Assembly (NCBI GenBank): GCA_944392255.1
Contig: CALXVY010000006.1
Span: 6,557 to 70,556, forward strand
Direction: 5' to 3'
Length of the DNA: 64,000 nucleotides
Source: an uncultured Alphaproteobacteria bacterium
GTDB lineage: Bacteria; Pseudomonadota; Alphaproteobacteria; RF32; CAG-239
Shown: positions 19,633 through 28,776 of the stretch, piece after piece
Layout of the letters: each line of letters begins with the position of its first letter
Numbering within the stretch: the stretch's first letter is position 1
Position numbers and translations under genes: made by a program
The notes under the pieces: generated by a model
Told to the model about the DNA's origin: nothing
Database searches by the model: none
Seen by the model: the letters and a program-made list of their open reading frames with translations, nothing else

Positions 19633-20584
19633 ATATAATTTGTGATAAAAATTCTTTTAATTTTTCTTTATCTTCCCATTTAATTTCTATGTCTAACACT
19701 TTGAAGTTTCTTCTTAAATCGGAAGGTATTTTAACAAAATCTTTTGAGGTGGTATACAAAGCACATTGATTTTGCTTTGCTTTTTCTATTAATGATAAAA
19801 GTTCTTCTTTGGTATATTGGTGATGGTCGGGAAAATCTATTGTCTGATATACTTTCAAACCGCATAAACGCAGTGATGTATAGAATTTTTCAGGTCGACC
19901 TATGCCGGCAAAGGCAATTATCGGCTTTGTTTCTATGATATTGGTTTTGGGAAGAATCTGCCCTTTAAATATTGGAAATTGCTTGAATTTTTTTTCCAGA
20001 TGATGCTTATCTTCGCCAATAATGATAATGGCTTGAGCTCTTTTTAATCCCGAAGCTAGGCTTTCTCTTAGAGGTCCTGCAGGTATACACATGCCGTTGC
20101 CATAGCCGAATTCTCCATCAAAAACCAAAAAGGATAAATCTTTTTTTAAGCTTGGGTTTTGAAAGCCATCATCCATAACAATAATATCAGCACCGTTTTT
20201 AATTGCTAATTTTGCTCCTTCAAAGCGATTAGGATTAACCACAACGGGAGCTTGTCTGGCTAAAAGTAAAGGCTCGTCACCAACTTCTTGCGGGGAGTGT
20301 TTGTTTGCATCAACCATAACGTTATGTAAATTTCCGCCATAGCCGCGAGATACAAAGAAAGGTTTTTTACCAAGTTCTTTTAATATTTGAGCAAAAGAAA
20401 TTGAAACCGGTGTTTTTCCTGTGCCTCCGGCGGTTAGATTTCCAATACAAATAACAGGTTTATCAACAGATTGGGACTTTTTTATTGATAGGTTCAAAAA
20501 AGCTGCCCATTGATATAGCCAACCTAACGGAGAAAGAAGATAAGAATATATGTTTTTATTTTTCCAATAATTGGGTGTTTTCAT
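19631..20584 (-). CDS. lpxK: Tetraacyldisaccharide 4'-kinase LpxK
   Basis: P-loop GNLTAGGTGKTP and SRGYGG. Confidence 0.9.
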   Translation of the reverse strand: MKTPNYWKNKNIYSYLLSPLGWLYQWAAFLNLSIKKSQSVDKPVICIGNLTAGGTGKTPVSISFAQILKELGKKPFFVSRGYGGNLHNVMVDANKHSPQEVGDEPLLLARQAPVVVNPNRFEGAKLAIKNGADIIVMDDGFQNPSLKKDLSFLVFDGEFGYGNGMCIPAGPLRESLASGLKRAQAIIIIGEDKHHLEKKFKQFPIFKGQILPKTNIIETKPIIAFAGIGRPEKFYTSLRLCGLKVYQTIDFPDHHQYTKEELLSLIEKAKQNQCALYTTSKDFVKIPSDLRRNFKVLDIEIKWEDKEKLKEFLSQII

Positions 20585-21843
20585 TACAAATATTCCTTAA
20601 TAACGTCGGAAATACCATCTAAAACTTTTGCTTCGCTGGTTGCCCACTCATATGCTTTTTCTTGGTAGGTTTGCAGATATTCTTTATCTTGTAAAAGTTT
20701 CAGTACTTCTTTGGATAATTGTTCCGTATTTTTTACTTGTATCACGGCATTAGCTTTTTTAGCGCGATTCATGGCATCGGTAAAATTATGCGTAAAAGGA
20801 CCTACCAAAACAGAATCATGAAAACGGCATGGTTCAATAAAATTTTGTCCGCCATGAGGAATTAAAGAACCTCCGATAAAAACAATTGGCGTAATATCGT
20901 ACCAAATTCCGACTTCTCCAATGGTATCGGCAATATAGACATCGGTTTCCGGCGTTATTTTTTCATGTTTGGTACGTAGTGCTGTTTTCAGTCCCAATGC
21001 ATTTAATTGTTGTTGAATATCATTACCACGTTGGGGGTGACGAGGGGTGACAATGGTCAATAAATTGGGAATTTGAGCTTTTATTTTGGCAATTTTTTTA
21101 CCAATTTGAGCTTCTTCATCGTTGTGTGTGGATATAACACCCCAAGTCGGACGTTGACCTATTTGGGCTAAAATATCAGCTTTTTTTTCTTTATCTACCG
21201 GAGGGTTAAAACCTGCATATTTCAAATTACCTAAGCAAAGTGCTTTTTTTGCGCCAATAATCTTTAAGCGTCTGGCATCTTCATCAGATTGACCTAAGCA
21301 TAGTTTGAAGCATGACAAAAGCTCTTTACTGACAAAGCTAAAGAGTTTCCAGCGTTTAAAAGTTTTGTTTGAAATGCGACCGTTAACCAGAATCAGCGGT
21401 ATATTATTTTTTTTAATTTCGCCGAGCATGGCTGGCCAAAATTCAGATTCAAACCATAATGCGATATCGGGTTGCCAATATTGAATAAAACTTTTGACAA
21501 ATTTAGGGTTATCAATCGGAATGTATTGATGAAAAGCGCGCGGAGGCAAGCGTTTTGCCATGAGTTCGGCAGAAGTTATGGTGCCGGTGGTTACCATAAT
21601 GTTATAATCTTTATTTTCATCAAGAAGTTTATGAATGAGTGGCAACATAGAAAGAGATTCACCGACTGATGCACCATGAAACCAAATAAGTTTTCCTTGA
21701 GGGCGTGGTAATTCTGGTTCACCAAGACGTTCATTATGGCGGGAAGTATCTTCTTTGCCATTTTTTAGTCTTTTTTGAATATATGGGTGGATAACAAAAG
21801 GATATAATGTTTCTACTAACTTATCATATATCTTGATAAACAT
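20584..21843 (-). CDS. waaA: Kdo transferase WaaA/KdtA
   Basis: LIWFHGASVGE and a glycosyltransferase N/C pattern. ATG 21843 (MFIKIY..) is preferred over the track start 21924, which overlaps the upstream gene. Confidence 0.9.
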   Translation of the reverse strand: MFIKIYDKLVETLYPFVIHPYIQKRLKNGKEDTSRHNERLGEPELPRPQGKLIWFHGASVGESLSMLPLIHKLLDENKDYNIMVTTGTITSAELMAKRLPPRAFHQYIPIDNPKFVKSFIQYWQPDIALWFESEFWPAMLGEIKKNNIPLILVNGRISNKTFKRWKLFSFVSKELLSCFKLCLGQSDEDARRLKIIGAKKALCLGNLKYAGFNPPVDKEKKADILAQIGQRPTWGVISTHNDEEAQIGKKIAKIKAQIPNLLTIVTPRHPQRGNDIQQQLNALGLKTALRTKHEKITPETDVYIADTIGEVGIWYDITPIVFIGGSLIPHGGQNFIEPCRFHDSVLVGPFTHNFTDAMNRAKKANAVIQVKNTEQLSKEVLKLLQDKEYLQTYQEKAYEWATSEAKVLDGISDVIKEYL

Positions 21844-21844
21844 T

Positions 21845-22591
21845 TTATTTTTTTCCTTTATCTCTTTTCTTTTTGCATTCATCGCCGGGAAGGACCGGTG
21901 TAATTCCCATTGCTGTATCTGCATCTATGCTTTGTTTATTGAGCATTTCTTCAATTTGTAGGCGGTATTTTTCTAAATCTGCTTCCGAAGCGTTTTTAGG
22001 AATATATATAGGTTCGGAAAAATGGCAAATTCCTTCATTAAAAGGATAAGGAATCATCATCTTGTCCCATGATTTTTCAGCAATTTTGCATTTTTTTACG
22101 CTGTATGTGATACCGATAATCGGGATTCCGGTTTTATGAGCGTAGTAAATCGGGCTTTCTGTCATGTGCATGCGTGGACCACGAGGACCATCGGGAATGA
22201 TGCATACGGCTGTATTTTCTTTAAGCGAGTTCATTAAATTTAAGGCGGCAGCTTTGGCATTTTTGTTGCTTGAACCACCAATTGTTCCAAGGCCATATCT
22301 TTCTAAAACACCGGCGATAATGCGTCCGTCTTTATGCAATGATACTAAAGCATTGAGCGGAAAACGATAGTCTCTGAAAGCAGAGTACATGAGAGCGCGA
22401 CCGTGCCAACCGACAAGAATAAATGTTTGTCCGTTTTCCCACAGATTGATGAGCTTTTCTCTATTGATAATTTGCCATTTTGTGGTTTTGTATACAAATT
22501 GTGAATAAGCATAAATCAAAAAACTGATTATGCTGATTACAAAGTTGGACTGGTAAATTTTTTTCAAATATGGTTTTATTTTTATTTTCAT
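21845..22591 (-). CDS. DUF374 / lysophospholipid acyltransferase-like protein
   Basis: One N-terminal TM, LVGWHGR and IPDGPRGPR motifs. Sits immediately upstream of waaA. Confidence 0.75.
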   Translation of the reverse strand: MKIKIKPYLKKIYQSNFVISIISFLIYAYSQFVYKTTKWQIINREKLINLWENGQTFILVGWHGRALMYSAFRDYRFPLNALVSLHKDGRIIAGVLERYGLGTIGGSSNKNAKAAALNLMNSLKENTAVCIIPDGPRGPRMHMTESPIYYAHKTGIPIIGITYSVKKCKIAEKSWDKMMIPYPFNEGICHFSEPIYIPKNASEADLEKYRLQIEEMLNKQSIDADTAMGITPVLPGDECKKKRDKGKK

Positions 22592-22836
22592 TTTGTTTGA
22601 GTATCTGTAATGGATATGCCAATTTTATCGTTTTCAGTAATTACAACTTCTCCGTGACCAATTAAAATATCATTAGCGTAGATATCGACGCAATCGTTTA
22701 CGTCTCTGTCAAGTTCTACTACAGCTCCTCGGCCGAGTTTAAGAAGTTGATTAACGCGTAAGTCTGCCGTTCCGAGCGTGACAGAAACATCAACCATAAT
22801 TTCGTTGCCAATTTCGGTGTTTTTTAGATGTGTCAT
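22588..22836 (-). CDS. fliN: FliN-type SpoA-domain protein (82 aa)
   Basis: VNQLLKLGRGAVVELDR...IYANDILIGHGEVVITENDKIGISITD matches the FliN/SpoA C-terminal domain pattern. SD GAGAGG; ATGA overlap with the next gene. Confidence 0.75.
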   Translation of the reverse strand: MTHLKNTEIGNEIMVDVSVTLGTADLRVNQLLKLGRGAVVELDRDVNDCVDIYANDILIGHGEVVITENDKIGISITDTQTK

Positions 22837-22997
22837 TAAAAACCTCTCTATATACTATTCTTTGCGCATCATATAAGTTTTTTTTGGTTTTAGCAAATTT
22901 TATTTGTTAAATTATCAGATATATTTTTTTATGTTTGTGGATTAAAAAAGGTTAGGGTTGCTCTCTTGTTATATTTGTGCCAAAAATATTTCGAAAT

Positions 22998-23029
22998 CTT
23001 GCAGTATGTAAAAACTGTTCTTATATAAT
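22998..23029 (+). promoter_or_regulatory. Possible RpoH (sigma32)-type promoter upstream of lon
   Basis: CTTG (22998-23001), an 18-nt spacer, then CTTATATAAT. Resembles the CTTG-N17/18-CYTATNT alphaproteobacterial heat-shock consensus. Confidence 0.3.
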
Positions 23030-23062
23030 TTACAGATTAAAAATTTTTTTGAGGAAATCATA

Positions 23063-25396
23063 ATGGTCAAAACAAAAATTAAATGTCCGGTTCTACCCTT
23101 GCGAGATATTGTGGTTTATCCTAAAATGATTGTTCCTTTATTTGTAGGACGGGAAAAATCTATTAAAGCATTGCAAAGTGTGGCTGATGATGATGGTAAT
23201 ATTATCTTATTGACGCAAAAAGATGCGACTATTGATGATCCTCAATCCGATGATGTTTATCATATCGGAACACTTGGCGCAATTGTGCAAATGTTACGCT
23301 TACCTGATGGTACGGTTAAGGTGCTGATTGAAGGTATGGAACGCGTCAAAATTGCAAAATTTTGCAAAAATAAAGAATTTATGCTCGCCGAAGCTGAGAC
23401 TCTACCTGAAGAAGAGTCTAGAAACAGCTTGGAATTGGAAGCTTTGGTGCGTGCAGTTCTATCTCAATTTGAGGAATATGTAAAACTTTCTCGTAAAACA
23501 CCTCCTGAAGTTTTGGTTTCTGTTAATCAGCTTAAAGATTATGCTAAAATGGCAGATACTATTGCAGCTCATTTGTCCTTAAAAATTGAAGATAAACAAG
23601 CCCTTTTGGAAGGTAGAACTCTTGCTGATCGTTTTGAAAAAATATTAGAATTTATGAATTCTGAATTAACGGTTCTTGAAGTGGAAAGTAAAATCAAAAA
23701 CCGTGTTAAAAAGCAAATGGAAAAAAGCCAAAAAGAGTATTATTTGAATGAGCAAATGAAAGCTATTCAAAAAGAACTCGGTGATGGTGATGAAGATGGC
23801 GAAATAAGTGAGTATCTTAAAAAAATAGATAGCATAAAACTCTCCAAAGAAGCTAAAGACAAAGCTTTGGCTGAGGTTAAAAAACTTAAAACCATGAGTC
23901 CTATGTCCAGTGAAGCAACGGTTGTACGAAATTACTTGGATTGGCTATTAGATATTCCTTGGAAAAAACGTTCTAAAATTAATAAAGATTTGAAAAAAGC
24001 CATGGAAATTTTAGAAAAAGACCACTATGGCTTAGATAAAGTTAAAGAAAGAATTATTGAATATTTAGCTGTTTTGGCTCGTGCTGAAAAAGTTAAAGGT
24101 CCAATTTTATGTTTGGTCGGCCCTCCGGGAGTTGGTAAAACCTCCCTTGGTAAGTCAATTGCTCGCGCAACAGGTAGAAGTTTTGTTCGCGCTTCTTTGG
24201 GTGGTATGCGAGATGAAGCTGAAATCAGAGGACACAGACGTACGTATATTGGTTCTATGCCCGGAAAAATCATTAAGGGTATGAAAAAAGCTGGAACTTC
24301 TAATCCGCTGTTTTTGCTTGATGAAATTGATAAGCTTGGTAATGATTATCGTGGAGATCCGGCATCGGCGTTGTTAGAAGTTTTGGACCCGGAACAAAAT
24401 TCATCTTTCAATGACCATTATTTGGAAGTTGATTATGATTTGTCGGATGTGATGTTTGTAACAACCGCTAACTCTTTAGATATGCCCAGACCTTTGCTGG
24501 ATAGAATGGAAATTATCCGTTTGTCCGGATATACCGAAGATGAAAAAGTGGAAATTGCCAAACGTCATTTATTGCCGAAAATTTTTGAAGAAAATGCGAT
24601 AAAATCTTCTGAACTTTCTGTATCTGAAGATGCTATACGCAATATCATTCGTTATTATACACGAGAAGCCGGCGTTCGTAATTTGGAGAGAGAAATTTCT
24701 AATATTGCACGCAAAGCCGTGAAAGAAATTTTACTTTCTTCCGACAAAACCAAGAAAGTTGCCGTAACGGCCAAAAATTTGGAAAAATATCTCGGGGTTA
24801 TTAAATATCGTTTTGGTGAGGCTGAAAATACTGACCATGTCGGTGTTACTACCGGTTTGGCATGGACAGAAGTTGGCGGAGATATACTTTTTATTGAAGC
24901 TGTTGATATGCCTGGTAAAGGAAAAGTTACCGAGACTGGTAAACTTGGTGATGTGATGAAAGAATCTATTGAAACGGCATATTCTGTGGTTCGTTCTCAT
25001 TCAAAAGATTTAGGAATCGATCCGGAAATTTTTGAAAAAACTGATTTGCATATTCATGTGCCAGAAGGTGCAACTCCTAAAGATGGTCCTTCTGCCGGAA
25101 TTGCCATGTATACAACCATGGTTTCTGTCTTTACAAAAATTCCGGTCAAAAAAGATGTGGCCATGACGGGAGAAATCACATTACAGGGTAGGGTACTTCC
25201 TATCGGCGGTCTGAAAGAAAAACTTCTTGCAGCTCTTCGCGGGGGAATTAAAACAGTTATTATTCCTAAAGACAATGAAAAGGATTTGGCTGAGATTCCT
25301 GAAAATGTTAAAGCTGAAATGAAGATTATTCCGGTTTCAGATGTGGCGGAAGTTCTAAAAATTGCTTTAGTTGATAAAACGAGTAAGAAAAAGTAA
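23063..25396 (+). CDS. lon: ATP-dependent protease Lon
   Basis: LPLRDIVVYPKMIVPLFVGREKSI N-domain, Walker A GPPGVGKTS, and protease Ser/Lys PKDGPSAG / GGLKEK. Confidence 0.97.
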   Translation: MVKTKIKCPVLPLRDIVVYPKMIVPLFVGREKSIKALQSVADDDGNIILLTQKDATIDDPQSDDVYHIGTLGAIVQMLRLPDGTVKVLIEGMERVKIAKFCKNKEFMLAEAETLPEEESRNSLELEALVRAVLSQFEEYVKLSRKTPPEVLVSVNQLKDYAKMADTIAAHLSLKIEDKQALLEGRTLADRFEKILEFMNSELTVLEVESKIKNRVKKQMEKSQKEYYLNEQMKAIQKELGDGDEDGEISEYLKKIDSIKLSKEAKDKALAEVKKLKTMSPMSSEATVVRNYLDWLLDIPWKKRSKINKDLKKAMEILEKDHYGLDKVKERIIEYLAVLARAEKVKGPILCLVGPPGVGKTSLGKSIARATGRSFVRASLGGMRDEAEIRGHRRTYIGSMPGKIIKGMKKAGTSNPLFLLDEIDKLGNDYRGDPASALLEVLDPEQNSSFNDHYLEVDYDLSDVMFVTTANSLDMPRPLLDRMEIIRLSGYTEDEKVEIAKRHLLPKIFEENAIKSSELSVSEDAIRNIIRYYTREAGVRNLEREISNIARKAVKEILLSSDKTKKVAVTAKNLEKYLGVIKYRFGEAENTDHVGVTTGLAWTEVGGDILFIEAVDMPGKGKVTETGKLGDVMKESIETAYSVVRSHSKDLGIDPEIFEKTDLHIHVPEGATPKDGPSAGIAMYTTMVSVFTKIPVKKDVAMTGEITLQGRVLPIGGLKEKLLAALRGGIKTVIIPKDNEKDLAEIPENVKAEMKIIPVSDVAEVLKIALVDKTSKKK

Positions 25397-25406
25397 TTTT
25401 CTTAAA

Positions 25407-25436
25407 TAAAAAAGGCATCTTTTAGATGCCTTTTTT
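25407..25436. terminator. Bidirectional intrinsic terminator
   Basis: GGCATCT-TTTT-AGATGCC flanked by A6 and T6. Confidence 0.75.
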
Positions 25437-25439
25437 AGT

Positions 25440-26780
25440 TTATCTTTCATTGGATTGTAGATAAGAATAAAATTGATAACTTGTATTTCCATTATTGCTG
25501 GCAGATGCATTTAAGGGAACTAAGTTAGGCATCTCCTCTGCCATAAATTTATCTTTTCTTTGTTGTTGAGCTTGTTGAAAGTTTCTCTTTGCCATATTTT
25601 GAACTTGAGCCAAAGAATAATCTTTATAAGTATCTTTGATGTTTTTTATATCATCCATATAAAGATTATCATAAGCCGTATTATTTTGAGAACGAATATA
25701 ATTTTTGGCAATTTCTCCTTCTTCTTGAGATATGCCAGCAGTTTTTAAGAGCTCATCTAATACTTTTTCATAATCTTGATCGGCTCGATTGAAAGAATAT
25801 CCAACAGATTCTTTATCTATATTTTCCATCTTGGCAATATAAGTCTCCGTTTGATAGTTATTGTATGTGGTCAACTTAACACTGTTTCCTTTATCATTCT
25901 TTACTTCTTTTCCATCTGCAGATAAAAGGACATTACATTTGATTGGACTTTGATCTATAATATTTTGGTCTGTTACAATATTATCGGTTTTAACATCGTG
26001 AAGAAAATAAGTCTGATATTTGTTATCATCTGTTTTAAATAAATCTGCTGCATATCTGGCACCGTTTATGGTAACTAATTTAAAATCTTTGGTTCTTGTA
26101 AATGCTTGATTTATGTTTTCTGAAATAGTATTTTCTGCAGATAAAGCTAATAAAATGCTATTATTTTTATAGCTTGAATAATGTCTGCTGTAATATTCAT
26201 TTCTATTTTCTTGTTCAAACTTTTGTATGATTTCTTGCATAGTTTGATTAGGGTTTTCTTGTTTGAAACAGAGTAATTCTGCCATCATATTTGTTGTAAC
26301 ATATTGAGATTGCTTTAAAATATAATCTCCTTCATGGACTTTTTGTAAAACTTGTTCAAAATTTCTGTGTAAAAGCTCATGAGCTTTAATATTTTCGGAG
26401 CGATTAGCTTGATTTATAGAATTTAAATATGAAGCATCTTGTTTGCTTGGGTTTGTCATGGAATATTGAGTGTAAATAATTCCATCTATTAACGAATTGT
26501 ATTCTGCAGAGTTTCTTTGACCATTTCTAATTTCATCTATGGAACTGATGGGGACAATATTTAAATATTCTTTAACACTGTTATCTTTTTGAATTTCAGT
26601 ATTGATGTGATTAGCATCTGATGATGTATTATTGGCTTGAACTTGAGTAGGGGATATTACTCCCATTGTTGTGATAGCACCGGCCATCAAGGCATTTTTT
26701 ATTTGATTATTTGCCTTTTTCTTATTTAGAAGAGTTTTTATTTTATCTTGAAATTTATTTTCTTTTAATTTATCCGTCAT
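25440..26780 (-). CDS. Secreted N/Q/K-rich protein of unknown function with a single HExxH motif
   Basis: A 30-aa basic n-region, then hydrophobic ALMAGAITTMGVISP and a VQA-N cleavage-like site. HELLH lies at residues 134-138 (nt 26367-26381). No family recognised. Confidence 0.7.
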   Translation of the reverse strand: MTDKLKENKFQDKIKTLLNKKKANNQIKNALMAGAITTMGVISPTQVQANNTSSDANHINTEIQKDNSVKEYLNIVPISSIDEIRNGQRNSAEYNSLIDGIIYTQYSMTNPSKQDASYLNSINQANRSENIKAHELLHRNFEQVLQKVHEGDYILKQSQYVTTNMMAELLCFKQENPNQTMQEIIQKFEQENRNEYYSRHYSSYKNNSILLALSAENTISENINQAFTRTKDFKLVTINGARYAADLFKTDDNKYQTYFLHDVKTDNIVTDQNIIDQSPIKCNVLLSADGKEVKNDKGNSVKLTTYNNYQTETYIAKMENIDKESVGYSFNRADQDYEKVLDELLKTAGISQEEGEIAKNYIRSQNNTAYDNLYMDDIKNIKDTYKDYSLAQVQNMAKRNFQQAQQQRKDKFMAEEMPNLVPLNASASNNGNTSYQFYSYLQSNER

Positions 26781-27094
26781 TTTAACCTCAATTCTTATTC
26801 AAGCTAATTAAAAAATATCACATTTTTATATTTTTGTCTATTATTTATTTTACAAGAGTCGTATATAAGAATCGTATCTTCATTGATAAAAATATTGTCA
26901 AAAGGCGCAGAAAACTGGGGATAACTGTGATTTTTAATATGAAAGAGGCTTTTTTTTCACAAAAATTCATTTTTTTTGGGCGCAAAGCATTTATTTTGTT
27001 TGACTTCATAAAAAAAGAACGCTTAAATTTTTAGTGTAAAGCCTATGTGGCTTTGACATTGGTTTATAACTTATATTTTGTGGGAGTTCTCACC

Positions 27095-27367
27095 GTGAAT
27101 AAAAATGAACTTATTTCTAGCATTGCTAATGAAACCGGTTTAACAAAAACTGATTGCTCTAAAGCTGTTGATGCTTTTATCGCTTCTGTTACCAGCGCTT
27201 TGAAAGCAGGTGACGAAGTTCGCTTGGTTGGTTTTGGTACTTTTGCTGTTAGCAAACGTTCTGCTACAACTGGTCGCAATCCTCGCACTGGTGCTGAAAT
27301 CAAAATTCCGGCTCGCAAACAAGCTAAATTTAAAGCCGGTAAAGCTTTGCAAGATTCTGTTAACTAA
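27095..27367 (+). CDS. hup: Nucleoid protein HU
   Basis: NKNELISSIA...VRLVGFGTFAVSKRSATTGRNPRTGAEIKIPARKQAKFKAGKAL. GTG 27095 follows GGGAG; the track ORF is over-extended. Confidence 0.92.
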   Translation: MNKNELISSIANETGLTKTDCSKAVDAFIASVTSALKAGDEVRLVGFGTFAVSKRSATTGRNPRTGAEIKIPARKQAKFKAGKALQDSVN

Positions 27368-27534
27368 TAACGAATTTTGATTTTTTCTTATAAGCCTTCG
27401 TAATCACGAGGGCTTATTTTTTTAATAATATATTGATAATTTTTTATTATTCTTAAAATAGAATATCTTTTTTGTTTATTTTGTCGACTTTTTGTGGTAT
27501 AGTATGTTATAGTTGAATGAAAAGGAGGTTAACC

Positions 27535-28116
27535 ATGGCTGATAAAAAATTCAAAAGAACAGTTTCTGATAAGTTGAAAAAGGCATTGGTTATTTCGACA
27601 GCCATGTTAGCATTGGGTGGAAATGAAGCAAAAGCTGATAATTTTTTGGATAAAATTTTTAATGGAATTGCTAAAGTCGAAAATAAGCTTCAAGATATTA
27701 ACCTTGATTTGGATCAGAAAAGAGTTACTGTAGGTCAACTTCGTAAAGAAATTGAGTATTTTAATATCAATACCGGCGGCGCTGTAGATGCAGTTAAAAG
27801 TATTATAGCTTCTGGTGTCGCTCATAAAATGGTAAAAAAACAAGCCCAAGCTCAACAAGACGCTTCGGGGACATATCAGACAACGCCTCAGGAATTTTCA
27901 CAAGAAAACTATCAAGTAGAATCTAGCTCGGCATATCTTCAAAATGTTCAAAGAAAACTTAATAAAAATAAAACAAATGTTTCTTTCCAAAATACGCAAC
28001 AGCAGATAAAAACGACTCAAAGGGCTCAATCCCGAACTAATACACAAAGAGTTAATGGAAATGCGGCGCAAACGGCTTTGAATATATTGAATATGAATGC
28101 TAATGTGCATCAATAA
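27535..28116 (+). CDS. Secreted Q/N-rich protein of unknown function
   Basis: ATG 27535 follows AAAGGAGG. Basic n-region, hydrophobic ALVISTAMLALGG, AKA-D cleavage-like site. Confidence 0.65.
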   Translation: MADKKFKRTVSDKLKKALVISTAMLALGGNEAKADNFLDKIFNGIAKVENKLQDINLDLDQKRVTVGQLRKEIEYFNINTGGAVDAVKSIIASGVAHKMVKKQAQAQQDASGTYQTTPQEFSQENYQVESSSAYLQNVQRKLNKNKTNVSFQNTQQQIKTTQRAQSRTNTQRVNGNAAQTALNILNMNANVHQ

Positions 28117-28227
28117 TATATTTATCTGTTTGAAAAAACATAATTTGTAAAAAAAATATATTTTTTATAAAAAAAAAGCTTGATTTATTTTTTTTATGAG
28201 TATATATATCTTTCCTGTAAGCAAGAT

Positions 28228-28303
28228 GGGCGCTTAGCTCAGCTGGAAGAGCATCTCGTTTACACCGAGAGGGTCGGGAGTTCGAACCTCTCAGCGCCCA
28301 CCA
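28228..28303 (+). tRNA. tRNA-Val (anticodon TAC), 76 nt, CCA encoded
   Basis: Acceptor GGGCGCT/AGCGCCC. D arm GCTC-AGCTGGAA-GAGC. Anticodon arm TCTCG-TTTACAC-CGAGA. T arm GGGAG-TTCGAAC-CTCTC. Confidence 0.9.
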
Positions 28304-28421
28304 ATTTAATAGCCTTAGGTCTTTACCTGAGGCTTTTTTTGTATCTATAAAGGTTCGAACTCCCTCGGGAGTTCTTCTGGCTTGTAAGTTCGTTTCACTC
28401 ACTAACTGCGCTGCGGTCACT
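28289..28421 (+). repeat. Repeat unit 1: tRNA-Val 3' end + terminator hairpin + 69-nt conserved block
   Basis: Aligns with 28529-28665. The first 19 nt (TCTCAGCGCCCACCAATTT) and the last 69 nt (GTTCGAACTCCCTCGGGAGTTC...GCGCTGCGGTCACT) are identical. Confidence 0.85.
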
Positions 28422-28528
28422 CCATTTGTAACGTTTTTTTGTCAGCGCTTTCGCTTGACTTCAAAACTAACAAATGTTCGCCTGTCGTTACAAAATTCTC
28501 CACAGGAGAATTTTTTTGCCTCCAGCCA

Positions 28529-28665
28529 TCTCAGCGCCCACCAATTTGAGGCCTTAGGTTTTAATCCTGAGGCTTTTTTTTGTATCTGTACGATAAGTTC
28601 GAACTCCCTCGGGAGTTCTTCTGGCTTGTAAGTTCGTTTCACTCACTAACTGCGCTGCGGTCACT
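28529..28665 (+). repeat. Repeat unit 2: duplicated tRNA-Val 3' end + terminator hairpin + 69-nt block
   Basis: See unit 1. Hairpin GCCTTAGG..CCTGAGGC plus a T-run is retained with small differences. Confidence 0.85.
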
Positions 28666-28776
28666 TGTTTTTGTTGTTAGAAAAAATTATATAAATATTG
28701 TCTGTAAAATGTTTTTTAATTTTTTTGGTGTAGTAAAGAATCGTTTTAGATACTTGTTATTATAAGGAATAAAAAA

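Noticed and set aside
20584-21924. Long form of waaA starting at 21924.
   Set aside because: It would overlap the DUF374 gene by 80 nt. ATG 21843 gives a normal WaaA N-terminal membrane anchor and tight operon spacing.
26834-27034. 66-aa ORF in the hup upstream region.
   Set aside because: It starts at a non-ATG codon, has no SD and a low-complexity F/I/K composition, and lies in promoter DNA (TTGACT-N17-TTAAAT at 27000-27028).
28100-28765. Track ORFs 28100..28420(-), 28442..28642(-) and 28580..28765(+).
   Set aside because: They overlap tRNA-Val and the duplicated repeat units. Both minus-strand ORFs contain the same repeat-derived peptide (NWWALRGSN / NWWALRWLE), which is an artefact of translating repeats.
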